DNA of 64,000 nt. It comes from Lingula anatina. Its lineage: Eukaryota > Animalia > Brachiopoda. A program made the position numbers and the translations under genes. This document shows positions 46,837-60,862 of the stretch, piece by piece (positions within the stretch are counted from its first letter, which is position 1; each line of letters opens with the position of its first letter). The stretch lies in the NCBI GenBank assembly GCA_051362555.1, contig CM120642.1:19220001-19284000 (forward strand), read 5' to 3'. The notes beneath the pieces are model-generated. The model was not told where the DNA came from. It searched no databases and saw only the letters and a list, made by a program, of their open reading frames with translations.

Positions 46837-47197
46837 CGAACTTTTGAGTAAATCTGCTCAAAGACACAAACAGTGTTGTTTCCCCCGTTGCGTTTTCTTA
46901 TGAAATGATCAATGTGGTTTCCCTTGAGTTTATTTGAGAAGAAAACAAAAACAAAAAAACTCAATCCTTTTTTCCTTTATGTAAAGCAGAAAACCGGGTG
47001 CGAAATCGGGTTTTATAATCGTTGATGTGTTATTAAAATAAATGGGCAGGTACGTTGGAAAAGAAATAATACTGTTGTACTGCATCTACCTGTAGTTGAT
47101 ACTTGGAATTTTCTCTCGTTTCTATAAAATATAACCACTAAACACTAATTAAAAGTATATGTTAAACGATTCCAACAGTATTTATCTTATTAAATTA

Positions 47198-48856
47198 CAG
47201 GGTTGCTACTTAATATGGAACATTTCTTATCATTGTTATTTTTGAGTGCTGATTAAATTTTTTTGGCTTGAGTCATTAAAAAAAGTATGTCAATGAGTGA
47301 TAAAAACATCCAGTCTTCTGTTGTGAGACATTTTGGTCAATGATATCAAATCTGACATAAGATGCCATTCAAATGAAAGGAACACCCCCAGAAAACCATA
47401 TCAACAGTTTGATGTCAGTATTAACTTTAAGCTAAGATATTAAAGAAAATGATAGCCTCCGGAAAGTGATATGTTACACAGTCAAAGAACTCACTACAGT
47501 AAAGCATGAAAAGTCAGTAATTACGGGTATGACCTCCAGCAGCCGCTTGCAGCGCCCTCATCCTACAAAGCATACCCTGTGACAAGTTTTTTAGAGTTTG
47601 GGTGGGGATATCATTCCACGCAGTGGTATTTGCCTTTCGCAGTTCATCACTATTTACCGGTCGATGACCATAGCTATTAATTCTGTGAGTTACTTTTGCC
47701 CAAAGTTTTTCAATTGGGTTCATATCTGGAGAGTTTGCAGGCCAGGGCAGTTGCAGAACCCATTGGTTTTGAAGAAAAACAGTGATTCTGCGGCCTCGAT
47801 GTGGGGTTGCGCAGTCGTCTTGGTACACAAAGTTGTTCCTTAAGATGACTCTTACCAATCGAAGCATTGTTTGCTGTAGAATGTCTCTGTAGGAAGCCTG
47901 GATGAGGTTGCCTCCTAGAAAAACCAACTGGTTCTGGGCACCGACATGAAATGCTCCCCAAACAGAGACGTTACCACCCCCTGCTTGCACCCTAGGCAGT
48001 ACACAATCATTGTTTTATGCCCCTCGTACACGTCGGTGAACACGGATTCGACCAGCAACCCTAAAAATCCATATCTGGCCTCATCACTGAAAACGACGTG
48101 ATGCCAGTGTTTTGGCTGCAAACGCACGTGGTCCCCAGCCCATTGCTGACGTCGCTGTATATGACCTGCTGTTAACAGTGGTTTCCCTACTGGCCTTTGT
48201 GCAAAATAAGCGGCTTGCAGTAATCTCTTGTTCACGAGGGACCTTGAAACGGGCGTTTGAATGACATTCTGCCTCTCTTCTCTGAGGACAATGGTTGTCT
48301 TTGTACGACCAGCACGGCGTCCTCTAAGGAGAAGGCGATCCTGTCATCTTGGTGTGATACAAGGACACCCTGATTGAGGTTTAGGAGTAGGTGCCCCTGT
48401 TGCAGCATTTCTTTGGATGACTTTACAAACGGTTCCTGATAAATGTTGAATTACCTTGCAATGGCTGTCCGTTTCTGGCAATTTTCTCTGAGAGCACGAA
48501 TCCCATAGTAAGCTGCGTTGCTTAGCTGTCGAACCATATCTTCACTAAGGTACCTGTCAAGTTTCAGAACAATCCCTTTGTTGCTTCTCTAAACACACTC
48601 CAAAGATTTACCAAACCCATGCGTTTTTATACAAGGGCAGAAATTGCTGAAAAGACCACCCCTCATATTTCTGACCACAGAACATGCAACCACATGCATC
48701 AATTGTTTCGAAAGTTGTGTGGTAATTAGGTAACACACCTGGCTACACATGGAGTGACACCTCAGCTTTGGATTTAAAGTAGTTAGAGAGAAATTAAATA
48801 TTTTGTAGAAAATTTACTCGCCAAAAAATAATATTCCATATTAAGTGGTAACCCTG
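47198..48856 (-). mobile_element. Tc1-family transposon, decayed (third family)
   Basis: 23-bp TIR CAGGGTT(G/A)C(T/C)ACTTAATATGGAA, TA flanks; transposase motifs VVFSDEARY, GGGNVSVWGAF, YQDD, WPANSPDMNPIE and GGHTR. Confidence 0.92.
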
Positions 48857-49851
48857 TATATGATACATGCATCTACTGTATTTTACTTCGGCCAATATAT
48901 CATGTTGAATGAATAACATTTGGTGGTATATGCCCTTAAAACGCTGTCTCAGTTTGCTACAGGTTTTGAGCGCAGCGACGGATAAAACAACAATTACAAA
49001 ATCTCACAGTTAACATGGGGTTTCTTGTAAACGTATTAGTTGGTTTGCATAGGGGTACTCAAATGACGCTTCTACAGGAACAGGTGCATGTACCCACTAG
49101 ACAGTTAAATATAAGTAGCAATATGAATGTTCATTCACTATCATATTAAAATCTTTGGAGACGCGTATATATTACATATAACCGTTCCAATAATGCAAGA
49201 GTCCATATTATATACTCCCCTAGTAAATATCATCCCTCCCGCAATTATGCACATTACTACAAGGGTACCTATAGTTTTAAATTTACTACTACATAACAAC
49301 TAGGGAATTGATCATTGTGCAAATTTGGGATGCGAGTAGCAGAACATTGGCCTTGAACATTGAACATTAGCCTAACCATTGAAATACACCAGCACCATAT
49401 GCAGCTCCTAAGTAAGAGGGATATTTTAGTTTATCAAGCGGTTGAGATAGGAGGGAGTTTAACGAATGGACCACGGCAGGAGTACCAAACACACCAAATA
49501 TGAAAACAACGAAACTCATTTTTACTCACATGAATTTTATTTTTACTCACTCCAGTGCTTGGGTTTGCCGCTTACCGTGCATACACCCCCAATATTCCGC
49601 ACTAAAATACCCCCGGAAGGTGCACCTGCCGCTTAGCCTGCTTTCACCTAGAACGCGTTCCACCGCATGGCGTTCGCTTACAAAACTGCGGTCGGAAAAC
49701 GTGGCCAAAAGCTGTAAAATGGTGTAATTTGCACGGAATTGACACTTGCTCGTCATTGTTGAAGAGTTAGTGGATCGTTATAGCCATAGTACAGGGTATT
49801 AATTGTAATCGACATCGACATTAGCGGGACTAAAGATAGACTTCTCTTCAC

Positions 49852-49854
<3 letters not shown>

Positions 49855-49915
<61 letters not shown>
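49855..49915. repeat. (TA)n microsatellite
   Basis: About 30 perfect TA units. Confidence 0.95.
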
Positions 49916-49918
<3 letters not shown>

Positions 49919-50409
49919 CGGTCTTGATCATAAAACTGATACGTATTCTCCGGATACTTTGAAAACCTGAAAGATACTGTAAACAACAAGATTGAGGATT
50001 ACAGTTTGAGGAACTCATGACTTATATAGGTTACTTCAAGAGACATTCGCCCTTGAAAAATAAAGGCTCTTGCGAAAATACGTGTTATGATTTGGAAATA
50101 GAATGGGGTCAGTGTACATGTAATACATCTCCAAATACCCCCACTCTGTGATGAAATTAAAACTGAATTTTTTTCTTAAATAATAACTGAATGTAAAGGG
50201 CACAGTGACAGAAGAAGTAGAAAAATGATACCGCCAGAGCAGGAAACGGCCCCGAAAAATTTGACTGACTGCTCAATCCAAAAAGTGAAACCATACACGT
50301 ATATAAAACTGAACGTTTTCAGAAAAGAAACGCCCATCAAACGCAATAGTCGTTTCGGCCGTTTCAGCCAATTTGTTATTTCCCAATCATTACATTTTGT
50401 AATTACATA

Positions 50410-51794
50410 CACACACTGGACAAAAGAAGTGTCATCCCCTAACTCAGAGTAATAAAAGTAGGCAGATATTGGGTATTTATAATGCCTGGTCTACTTATAA
50501 TGTGACTAATGAGTATAAAACCGCTATACCATTGAATTGTATTGTTGGTCTTGTACATGTACAGCAAATGTTATTCCTGTCTTTCTCCAATATGGCAAGA
50601 TACAGGCAATTATCTAACGGTTATAGGTGCGAGTTATTAACCTGAAGAGGCGGAATATAAGCAATGTCAGAATATCGATACAGTTGAATTGTTCAGTCAG
50701 AACCGTGCAGAGGGTCTGGTCTCGGTATAGAAACACTGGATCAAGAGACAAATTGCCTCTGATGGGTCGTCCAAGAAAAAATACTGGCCGTGAAGACCGA
50801 CGACTGATTTTGATGTCCAGGTTGTCAAAGTTCGACACTGCTTGTCAGTTGACAACACAGTGGAACAATTTCACACATAAGAATGTGTATGTGAAAATTG
50901 CTAGGCGTCGGTTACATTCTCAGAGAGTGTACAGCAGGGTAGCAAGACTGAAACCTCTTATATCGTTACAAAACAGGCAACGTAGAGTAAACTAGGGTCA
51001 ACAGGATCTGGAACTGGACAGTTCATGACAATTGGTCCTATATATTTTTCTGATGAGTGTCGCTTTGGTCTGACCTCAGATGACAGACGGGTACTATGCT
51101 GGCAAACTGCTGGTAAAGCATTTGAACCACATGCACTGAATTTTCGAACCCGGAGCAGCATATTCATCATGGTGTGGGGCTGCATAAGCATCCATGGCTT
51201 GGGCGAATTGAAAGTGGTCAATGGAAACATGAATCACTAGAAATATAACGATGTTTTGGAGTCAGGCTTGCTACCATCTATTACTGACATGTTTGGTGAC
51301 AGGAATTAGCCATTTGTTCACCAGGATGACAATGCTCCTTGTCACAGGCCCAGAGCAGTTGATGATTGGTTTGACCGACAGGACATTCGCAGGGTGATGC
51401 GCCTGCCCAGAGTCTGGATGCAAACATAATAGAAAATGTGTGGAATGATATGTCAAAACTTTTGACAAATGCCCGTCTAACCAGCAGAGAAACTCTGTTA
51501 TATTCAGTGTTTCATGCTTGGGCCAGCATAAGCCCTGAACGCATCAGACAATTATATAAAACATTGCTTCGTAGACTGGCACCTATTATTAGGTCACGTG
51601 GCTATGCCACTAAGTACTAATTTTGGACTTGAAACTGCATATTTTGGTAGAATGTATATTTTGTTCTCATTTTGTGATTTTTTTGTGAAATTTGATGTTA
51701 ATAAAATGATACCAGGAGCATATCATTCCACAGTCATTTATCTCCCCCATAGTATTGGCTCAGTAGGGGTGACACTTCTTTTGTCCAGTGTGTG
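50410..51794 (+). mobile_element. Tc1-family transposon, same family as 32508-33905, decayed
   Basis: TIR CACACACTGGACAAAAGAAGTGTCA, TA flanks, colinear with the 32.5-kb copy but with different disabling mutations. Confidence 0.93.
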
Positions 51795-53233
51795 TACATG
51801 TCATAAATGCTCACTAAAATATTTAATATTATTACCAAGGGAACAGCCTCATTCGTGGAGGGAAAACATGTTACTGTAAAAAAATTAACAAAGACAATAA
51901 GCAAAAGTGTCTGTACCATAAGTAAATTAATAAAATAATAAATAGTGTAATAAATAAATAGGCGACCCATTCTTTCACGCAGTACGATAGGGTCTGGGAA
52001 TGGTCCCTATGCTCCTTACTCTTGTCCACCCCCTCTCCCTAAAAGAAAAATACATGCTTCCTAGCAGGGGCTTCAACATTTTATCTTCAGATACCTAGCT
52101 ACTTTTAATATTTGTAGTTGCAAAATGTATATAAGTTTTAATATCGTCAGCTATCTACGTGGGCGGTAATAATATGTTAGAATTCAATGCAGAGGAATGT
52201 AATGCTTTGTTTGCTTCTCATTTTAGGTGTGGTGGCTTAGTTAACTCTTCCTGGGAGAAATCAGGTCAGCAATACAGGTGGAAATTGAATATCTAACCGA
52301 TTTTATAATATACTCACTGGTAAAATTGACTTACACTAAATGCCACACCCCATCTTAGCTATAGTTCACACACACACACACACACACACATTAACTAATG
52401 GTAGGGCCGTTTCCTTTTTTTTTCTTTTTTGTCCTTAATTCACATAGACAAAAAAATAGTCTATAACAGTATCAACTTCCAGCACTATATGTATTAGTAT
52501 GCACGTTGTAAGAAAAAGGGTAAATTATGTTGAAAATGCTGAGCCAGACATTTGCAAAAATATGTACTGGTAACTACACTCCCCCAACCAAATGCCGTTA
52601 GTGGTGGCGGAATAAATACAGCAAGACCCCAACCCAGGGACCAAGAAAAGGTAAAAATAATATGTGGACAGATGCTGAATCAGACGTTTGCAAGAAAAAT
52701 GCTAAGTCAGCAAGGTGCAGATGCGTAATAAAGCATCATTTGCAAACTATTCCATCAGATAAATAGGTTTTAAAAAAATTAAAATGCGAACGAAGTTGCG
52801 TTTTATTGAGAACTTTAATATCTTAAGGTTCATTACTACCTTAAAGTTTCCAATTTTTGCAGAATTTGCAAGGATAAAATGGTCTTCATTCTGGAACATT
52901 TTGGTGAAAATAATTTAAACTTTTAAATTATATAAAAATTGATAAGGAAAGTAAAATAGGTCATTTTATGGACCATCCTGTAGATGCGTTAATTAATAAA
53001 AGTGAGTGGTGGCGGAATAAATAGGGTTTATTTAATAACATAACGTATTCATAGGTACAGAGGCGCGACGGCTTTTCATATTCCTTTGCTGAGAGAAAGG
53101 TGTTTGACGACGGTGTCTCCACTGATCTCTAAGATATTCCAGTTCTAAGAATAAACCGCAAACTCCAATGACATTTGCAAATACCGTTTATATCACGCCT
53201 GCCCACTGCTGATGCTAAACTGGCACAACTTAC

Positions 53234-53437
53234 ATATAGTTTGGTGTGAAGTTGGTCAAAGTACGGAAAACCTGTAGAGAGCGTTATGGCGGACGTGCTG
53301 CCGTCATCATTCACCGGGGCGGTGACGTCACCGTTATTTGTGCCATGCGGGTAAAGAATGCCTTCTGTTTGTGCGGATGTTAAACCCCGTTCCCATTGAA
53401 AAAGAAGAAAAATCAAGATGGTATGTTGAAGCCTCAT
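53234..53437 (-). CDS. Alternative (distal) first coding exon of the NIDO-AMOP-VWD gene
   Basis: MRLQHTILIFLLFQWERGLTSA-QTEGILYPHGT...FPYFDQLHTKLY; open frame, phase-0 GTAAGT donor; paralog of 46021-46227. Confidence 0.75.
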
Positions 53438-55546
53438 GGCGAAGAAGAGCATCAGAACATCTGTTTTGTTTATCCTCTATCTCCGTTATCTCTAGCAACA
53501 GCCTGCTTATAATACATACCTTTAGTCTCTCTTTATGCTTTGACACTGACATAATACTGGGTGACTAAAAACATCAAAATTTCTCATTGCACCTGGATGA
53601 TTATCGATCTGTGAAAAATAGTCGCATTTATTTCCTGTAAAACGCAAGGAGCATAGCGGTGTTATTTTTCACAGAAGGTGCCACATAAAGAAATCGAATA
53701 CGGTAAAGTTGATAATAAGAATAATAAAAGACCAAATGAATTCATAAGATAAGAAAAAAAAAAAAAAAAAAAAAAAAACATTTCGGATCTCTCTGTATTG
53801 TTCCAAGAAGAGCAGTTACTAGATAACCTCAATTTAGACCGCCCATTCATTCAACAAGGAACTAAAGTTTGACAACAAAAGCCAGACCCAATTTCCTAAT
53901 TTATGACACGCCCAGTGGTTTATTTTTTTGAGTCTGAGGCAGCGATGAAAAAAAGACAAATACAAAACCTCACTGAAAAAACAGAGCTTCTGACAAAGTA
54001 TAAGTTGGCATGCACAGGGTTTTTCAAGTGACATTTCTACAGCAAGAGGTACATGTGCCCTTCAGGCAGAGGATGTGATATAAAAAAATATTATATAAAA
54101 TAGCCCGGTACACCGATTTGATAGTGCACTATCACATTATAATCCAAATTAAGATATATATCTATTACTGCATTTGTCTAAGGTTGACCAAGACAACTAG
54201 CAAACACTTACCACACGTTTTCTCATTGGTGTCGCGCATGTTTACATAAAACAGTCCCAACAAGCTTAACACTGATCAGTGTGATTCTTTATTGTACCAG
54301 TTATGCTGTTTTTTTTTGTTTTTTTTGTATTGGTTGAGTAAAATATCAGTACATTTAACAGTGTAACACTGTCATTTTGGTGACCATCCCCGTATGTCCG
54401 CTGTAGTGGTCCCATTATATTAAGCTACACTGTCCTTAACACTTAATCCGAGCTAATGGTGCACGCGTGTGTGTCTGGGGTTATTAATGGTCAATTTTAC
54501 ATAGACTACATATACAGTAAATATCTGGTCAGCAGTGATTCCCCCCATATTTTAAACAATTTCATTTTGTATTGCCTCTAAGTGAAACGTGTTGAAAATT
54601 GTTTGGGTTTTGCAGTTTTGGCAACAGGCTTTCAACCAAATGCTTTATTGGTATCAAATCTGTTGACCCACGTGGCATTGCGAAACCTGGCGATAGGTTC
54701 CGAGACGGCTTCACCAATGGAGGCAAGCACAGTCACTCCGTCACAAACAGAACATCAGTCTTCAGCAGCACTTAACTTCGATGCCTCAGGCTATATGTAT
54801 ATCCAAATCCAAAGTGGGCAACCGTGTTTTATAATTACTCGTGCTTAATTCCGGCTCATGTCAAACGACAAAACCCAACCCGGACCATTCTGCCAACCTT
54901 CGATTCAATTCAGTCTCTATCAGTACCATCATTGTCAATGTAAACCATGTCTCAGTGGAACCAACCCCTTCAAAAGTCATTACATATCAATCTATTAAGC
55001 AATCAGCAAATACTGTTGTCAAATAATTGCTTATCTTGAATCACAGCTTAGGATAAATGTTGCATAGTGGGGGCCTCTTTGCAACCCCACAAACGAAATG
55101 TGTGCAAAATTATTTGAAAATAATAACTTTCGCTGAATCGTCACATCATAATTTTTAGGATGATGAGTCGTATTTAGTATTTCATATATAATTATTATCC
55201 CTAAGGCCTTAACATTTAATGCAGGCAACAATTTGCTACATTGTTATTATTGTTAAAATTATAAGGATAGTGAGTTTATATAATAAAAGCGGCCTTGTTT
55301 GGCCAAAGCACATGAACCTTCTCTCTTGCCTTCTCTCTTGTTATGAATGGGACTATGGGACTATGAAATGCGACTATGAAAGTTTGCGGTACACTGGGAT
55401 GCAGGAGACAGAAATGTTATTTATGTTGTAGTCTGTAATACTTATTTTTCCTTTACCGTTACTGTTTCTAACAAATCATAAATGCTTACCATGCTTGCTC
55501 ATTAAATGCAGTGCTAACTCAGGGAAAACCCCATTAAATAAACCAG

Positions 55547-55685
55547 GGTCCCGTAACTCGAAAGCATCGCGCATTGCGACCGAGCGCAAGTGTCTTGATT
55601 CCATAACTCGCCCATACTCGCCCCATATAACACACTGTAGCCTCTATGTGATATCGCTATTCGCAAAGCTTTCGAGTAACGGGGC
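55547..55685. mobile_element. MITE, second copy of the 46688-46836 family
   Basis: Reverse-complement homology to 46688-46836; CAG flanks. Confidence 0.72.
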
Positions 55686-55756
55686 CAGAACTAGTCATCT
55701 CAGACCTCATTGTTGTCATTAAATTATAGAAACGAAAACTGTGATTTATATTTTAC

Positions 55757-58700
55757 CAAGGAGTTATAACAGAAGGAGATTACACGCAAGCCTCTCTATT
55801 GTCCGATGTCTGTTACGGTGGGCGGAGCTAGCTACGGGGGGCCTCCTGTCTCAAGGTTTCGTCTGGGTCGCTCTCCTCCGCTCGGAGATTGATTTTATAT
55901 GCGTTATTTCGCGTTAGAATTCGATCAGTAGTGTCAAAGCGGCGCTGTATGCTGACGATTTTTTTCACAGGTAGTTATTTGGACGATGTGCTGGGAGGGA
56001 ACGATATCATAGAAAGCGATTTTAAGGTGGTGACTGAGGATGGTCGCCATGAGTATTTTTGAGTCGGTGATAGATGGCTTTTCTTTTGCACAACACAGTG
56101 AAAAATCACCAAGGATAAGTCAAAAGAAAACGTCCCAACTGTGGTTTGTGAAAATGACATTCAAGTGAACCTCTGTCCTCACTGCCAAAGAACATAATAT
56201 TAATACATAAACGTTTGGACCCTCCTGCCCTTGGGTCCCATAAACATATACATTGAGACAGTGCCTAAGCTTTGTGACTGCATGGTTTTAAATTTCTTTA
56301 AGTATTTGTTTCTCTCACTCGGTATAATTTTAATATCCTAATGCATTGAAGTGAAATTTTAATCAAAGGTTGAAGCAATGCCACGACATGTCAATTTACT
56401 AAATACTCGTTATAAATTTCTTTATCTTGGAAATCTCCCTTTTTTTTAGGATTATTTTGACACATACTAACACTTCATATTTGTCGGTAAACAAGTACAC
56501 AGTGCTAAACATTAAGAATATTCATTCATAAATATATTTATGTACAAAATATATCAGAAATTTTAGTATTAACTGAGCTTTTTAAAGTGAAACAAATAAA
56601 GATGAGAATTTTTAATTTCAAACTATTATTTACTATATTATCTTAAAATATCTTTTAAGTCAACTCTATACTCAAGCATCATGATAGTAGCATCTGTGAG
56701 TAAAACCATTTTATTATATCAATAGAAGAACAAAAACAAAATTTTACACATAAGCAGTAATTAATGAAGTCATAAGAATGATTAAGTTGCTATAGTTGTC
56801 CAGTTTTATGCAGTCTATGTTGGCATTTTTTTCAACCGTGCAAATAGAAATAATTATATTCTTTTTTATCTGACTTGCTGATACCAGTCTGTGCCAGATA
56901 CTATTCCACTCACAGGCCAGCAAGGTCTGAGAATCTAATGGGCTGGATGAAAAAAAAACCCTAGAAGTTAAAGTGGCTAATTCTTACAAATAGGATAAAA
57001 AAACATGGGGTTTTCAAAAGGTAATTATAAGTAAAGACAACACTTAGTAAGAACATTTATAAAATGAACTGGAGCACATGTTACAGCTGAAAAAATTAAC
57101 TGCTTTAAAGAAATTTCACTGAAACAGTCCAAATTTTACTTGCAATCAAGTAGACTGTTATACCATGGCACTCAACAAATTATATATAGGTTTTGAATTT
57201 TTTTCCACGTGACAGTAACATAAAATTTATGTCAACTTTTGAAATGTATAGAATCAGTTAGGTGACTGAAAATATTTTAAAATGTCATGAAGGAGCACTA
57301 TTAATTTAATGCAATCTCTGTTGGCCAGTCTTATCCAGTTTCTTCTCCAAAAAGGACAACTCAAGTGAGAATTTCTTCAGGACCTTTTCTTCTGCCTGCC
57401 AATGTCATGCCACTCAGAAAAGAGAGAAACCTGTAGGTTAGAAAAAAACAAACATCATAATAGCATTATGAACTACTAGTATCCATGTAGACATTATGGA
57501 ATTACGCAGTGAAGTTTAATGTATCTTGTTATGACTTGACTGAAATAATGTTCACCACATAAATGAACAATTTACAACTAAAATTATATAGAATATCAAG
57601 ATTCATGATCACAAGCTAATAACTCCAAGAAATTGAAAGAAATTGTACTTATTACAAGAAATTATTTAAATCCGCCCTGGTTCCTACTCTTCTGACAGGA
57701 CAAAAAGGGGATTTCAGAGAGGCCGGTTGCTAAAAGGAAAATGCCCAAGGTTGTTGTATTTTGAAAAAAAATTTAAAAAAAGGGTACTGTTGTTTGAATG
57801 TTTAATGCATCGTAGGCATTATGAGAAAAGTAACTTACCCCAGACACGCTGACCTCCTTTTTTCATTGACATTTTTTAATTTTTTCCAGCCTGACCATAA
57901 TTCATACATTCAATGCAGCCTTCTCCCATATCTATAATAGAAGGGAAAAAAACTTGAGCAGTGTTAAGATAAGCATGTAAAATTCATTATCAATTTTGAG
58001 AGAATTTCTGTTTCAACACTGCAAGATGAAATATTTACTTTCAAGTAATGAATAAACCTTAATAGAGTTCTATTCTTTTGTAACCACCAAGGCAAAGCTT
58101 CTTTCTTAAAATGAACTGAAACATCCAAGCTTGCCACCTAACATGCCAAAGTAGTGAAGTATAATTAAAGTAGAAAAGCAAGTAGCCTTAATTATAGAGG
58201 TGTCTTACACAATAAGGTGTGTCTTACACACCTTGACCCAAAGGGAGATGTGTAGTGAGATAACAGGTAGAGTAATTGGTGGAGCCTAGGTGAACTTAAA
58301 ACCTTAAGACTTTAAATTAAGACAGCACCAGGATTCATGTGTGTTCTTTTTTCAAAGGTTTAATATGAATTAAAACATATACATGTATATGTAAAAGGAA
58401 GACTAAATAAGTTTAAAATAACTACAGGTATACCAAAGATACTGGACCGCCATGATGGAAAATGCTGGGTGGAGGCAAAACTTTTCCAGTCAAAATAACT
58501 GAGCACCTTACTTTAACAACAAAGTTACCACTCCAAAGCCACCCATCGTGGTGAGAAGAAAAATGATGACCAACTGTCATGATAAGTCTTTTTAGTTTTA
58601 AACACGAAAAAGGTAAATGCCAAAATGGTACATTTACCCATAACACTAGAGTAAAAAATTGGTATTCTGAACAAATCAGGTTATTTTTTTCAAGAAATAT

Positions 58701-59623
58701 TGGAGCAATACCCATGCAATATATACCACGCCACGACCAAGGTGTTCAAGAATCTAAACACACCAAATTTTTTTATAATCTTGCATTTGAAAAGTACAAA
58801 AAGCGGTAAGGCTTTTGGCCGTAACAAGCGTAACACTTTTTGATCGGAACTCATGAAAATTGTCAATTGTCGTATCCAAGCTAGACCACATGTAAAATCG
58901 CAAAAAAAAAAAAAAAAAAAACAATACTGCTCAAGCAAGTGTGTTGCACACATAACAATTACTTAAATTTTATGACTGTCATGTGACACAAGTTTCAAAA
59001 AGTAGGAGGAAAATGTCTTTTGGAGTAATTTTTTTTCGAAATATTAACAAGATGGCGGCTTAAGCATCTGCTTGTTATTCGGCTACTGAAAGTGCACCTA
59101 AGTTTTATTCTTTGCTATTGCCACAAATTACTTAACAATTGCAACTGTATAAAGACCAAACTTTCTTCATCTGATACTATATTTATAGGCACTTGTTATG
59201 AGTGGGAAATATTTTTCGTGCAATATTTATTCTCCACACACCACCTCGCGAGATCAACGTGTAGCTGGACACTTACACAGTGAGACCCTACGACATAAAA
59301 GTTGCAATTTATCTTCATATTTCGTGTAGTTATGCATTTAAAAGCACTTACCTGTTTTTTGAAAACCTTGTCCAACGTAATATCATATAAATTCTGTATT
59401 TCTCTCATTTTTTAGAAACTTGGGACTCCGTTTCTGTGTCTGTCCTCAAAAATCAACAGACGAAGGCACAGATACTAACAAACGAGATTTAAACGAGAGT
59501 AGCAATTAAGCGTAACAGAGATAGGCATCTATTGTTCTCTGGGTTCTATTCATTCCGACCAATGAGAGACCGTAATACGGGCTCCGCCCCACGCGTGTAA
59601 TCTCCTTCTGTTATAACTCCTTG
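55757..59623. mobile_element. 3.87-kb non-autonomous P-superfamily-like TIR element
   Basis: Perfect 31-bp TIR CAAGGAGTTATAACAGAAGGAGATTACACGC at 55757-55787 and 59593-59623; perfect 7-bp duplication ATTTTAC at 55750-56 and 59624-30. CANRG termini with a 7-8 bp TSD are characteristic of P elements. No transposase recognised inside. Confidence 0.82.
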
Positions 59624-59840
59624 ATTTTACATTACCATACATTTATTTTGCATGACTAAGTAGGTGTTTATTAATCAAGTATTATATAACCGATATCAAT
59701 CTTACGGAATTTATGCCTATGGTGCTGGCTACACCGATTTATAAAGATTATAATAAAAAAAGACAGTCGCATTGGCGATTTGTCTCTTGCAAAATGAAGT
59801 GACATTTTCTATTTCGTAATATGAACAACACTCAAATTCT

Positions 59841-60830
59841 TCATTTCTTCAAACACTTTAACTGGATAAGTAGCAAGAAAACTTCTTTTTGTGACCATAA
59901 AGGTGTCATGGTGATGACGGACGCTGTTGAATATGTTTGGGCAGTCGACTCAAAACATTTATTCTCCATTTGAGCCAGCTCTTCAATTAAAAGAGGAGCT
60001 ATATCCGGGTACTTTATACACTGCGGCAGCATGCCGGCGACACAATCCCGATAGTGACATGGATTGTTGTTGGTGTGATATCGCTCGGCACAGCGAGAGG
60101 AAAGCCAATCTGCACAATCATTACCTAAAAAAGTACACACAAAAATATTTATGTGTATTAAGAACTATTTGCATTTAAATGTACCATTTAGATTTTTTGT
60201 TTATAGCTGTAAACTTTCGGATGACAAGTACATCTGTAGTGTTCGTTTACTATTTTGCATTTAAAGAGACACAATATAAGCATATCTCACCAGAGTTCAA
60301 TTCGGCATTGCTTTCACAGAACATAAAAAGGAAGACTGCACTCCATGATAAAAACTGCAATAACAGCTATTGTGAAATGAATTATGTATACCCCAGCATA
60401 GATATGTTTATCAACGTTTTAACATAACTTCAACAAAGATTCAACGTTGAATCAACGTTGTGTCCCTGCTGTTAAGTCCTAATATTCAAGCGCATTTATC
60501 ATTAATCGAACATCAACTACCAAGCACTTTAAGTTAAATAACAAATTTTCAACTACTTAATTATGCTATATAACTTGCTGTCGTTTACATATTATTACAC
60601 GTCCTCACATTAAATCTAGTATAATAATTCATACTTGTTGCTCGTGAGTATACATGTAACTGCCTATGAAATATAGCAGCATGCACTCACCTGGATTGCA
60701 CAAAATGCTGGCGTCGCCATCTTGTCCTCATTTTTACAGGTAACGATAACAGCACGCCAGTAAATGGAAACAGTACGTGCGAGTAAATGATCAGTGAAGC
60801 TCGCAATGAAGGAAATATTAACCGATGGCA
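59841..60830 (-). pseudogene. Possible two-exon gene or pseudogene for a small Cys-rich protein
   Basis: Donor CAG|GTGAGT at 60691/60690, acceptor TTTTTTAG before 60124, open exon 60124-59841 with 7 Cys. The upstream exon is in frame for only ~12 codons, so a frameshift is needed to reach a hydrophobic leader. Confidence 0.35.
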
Positions 60831-60862
60831 TTTACGACCAACCGTAGTCACTTATATTTATA

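Noticed and set aside
54560-55030. Coding-like stretch with two short ORFs
   Set aside because: No identifiable motif or consistent splice partners on either strand.
57600-57760. Possible intronic snoRNA in the P-like element cargo
   Set aside because: No convincing C/D or H/ACA box arrangement found by eye; an Infernal/Rfam scan would be needed.
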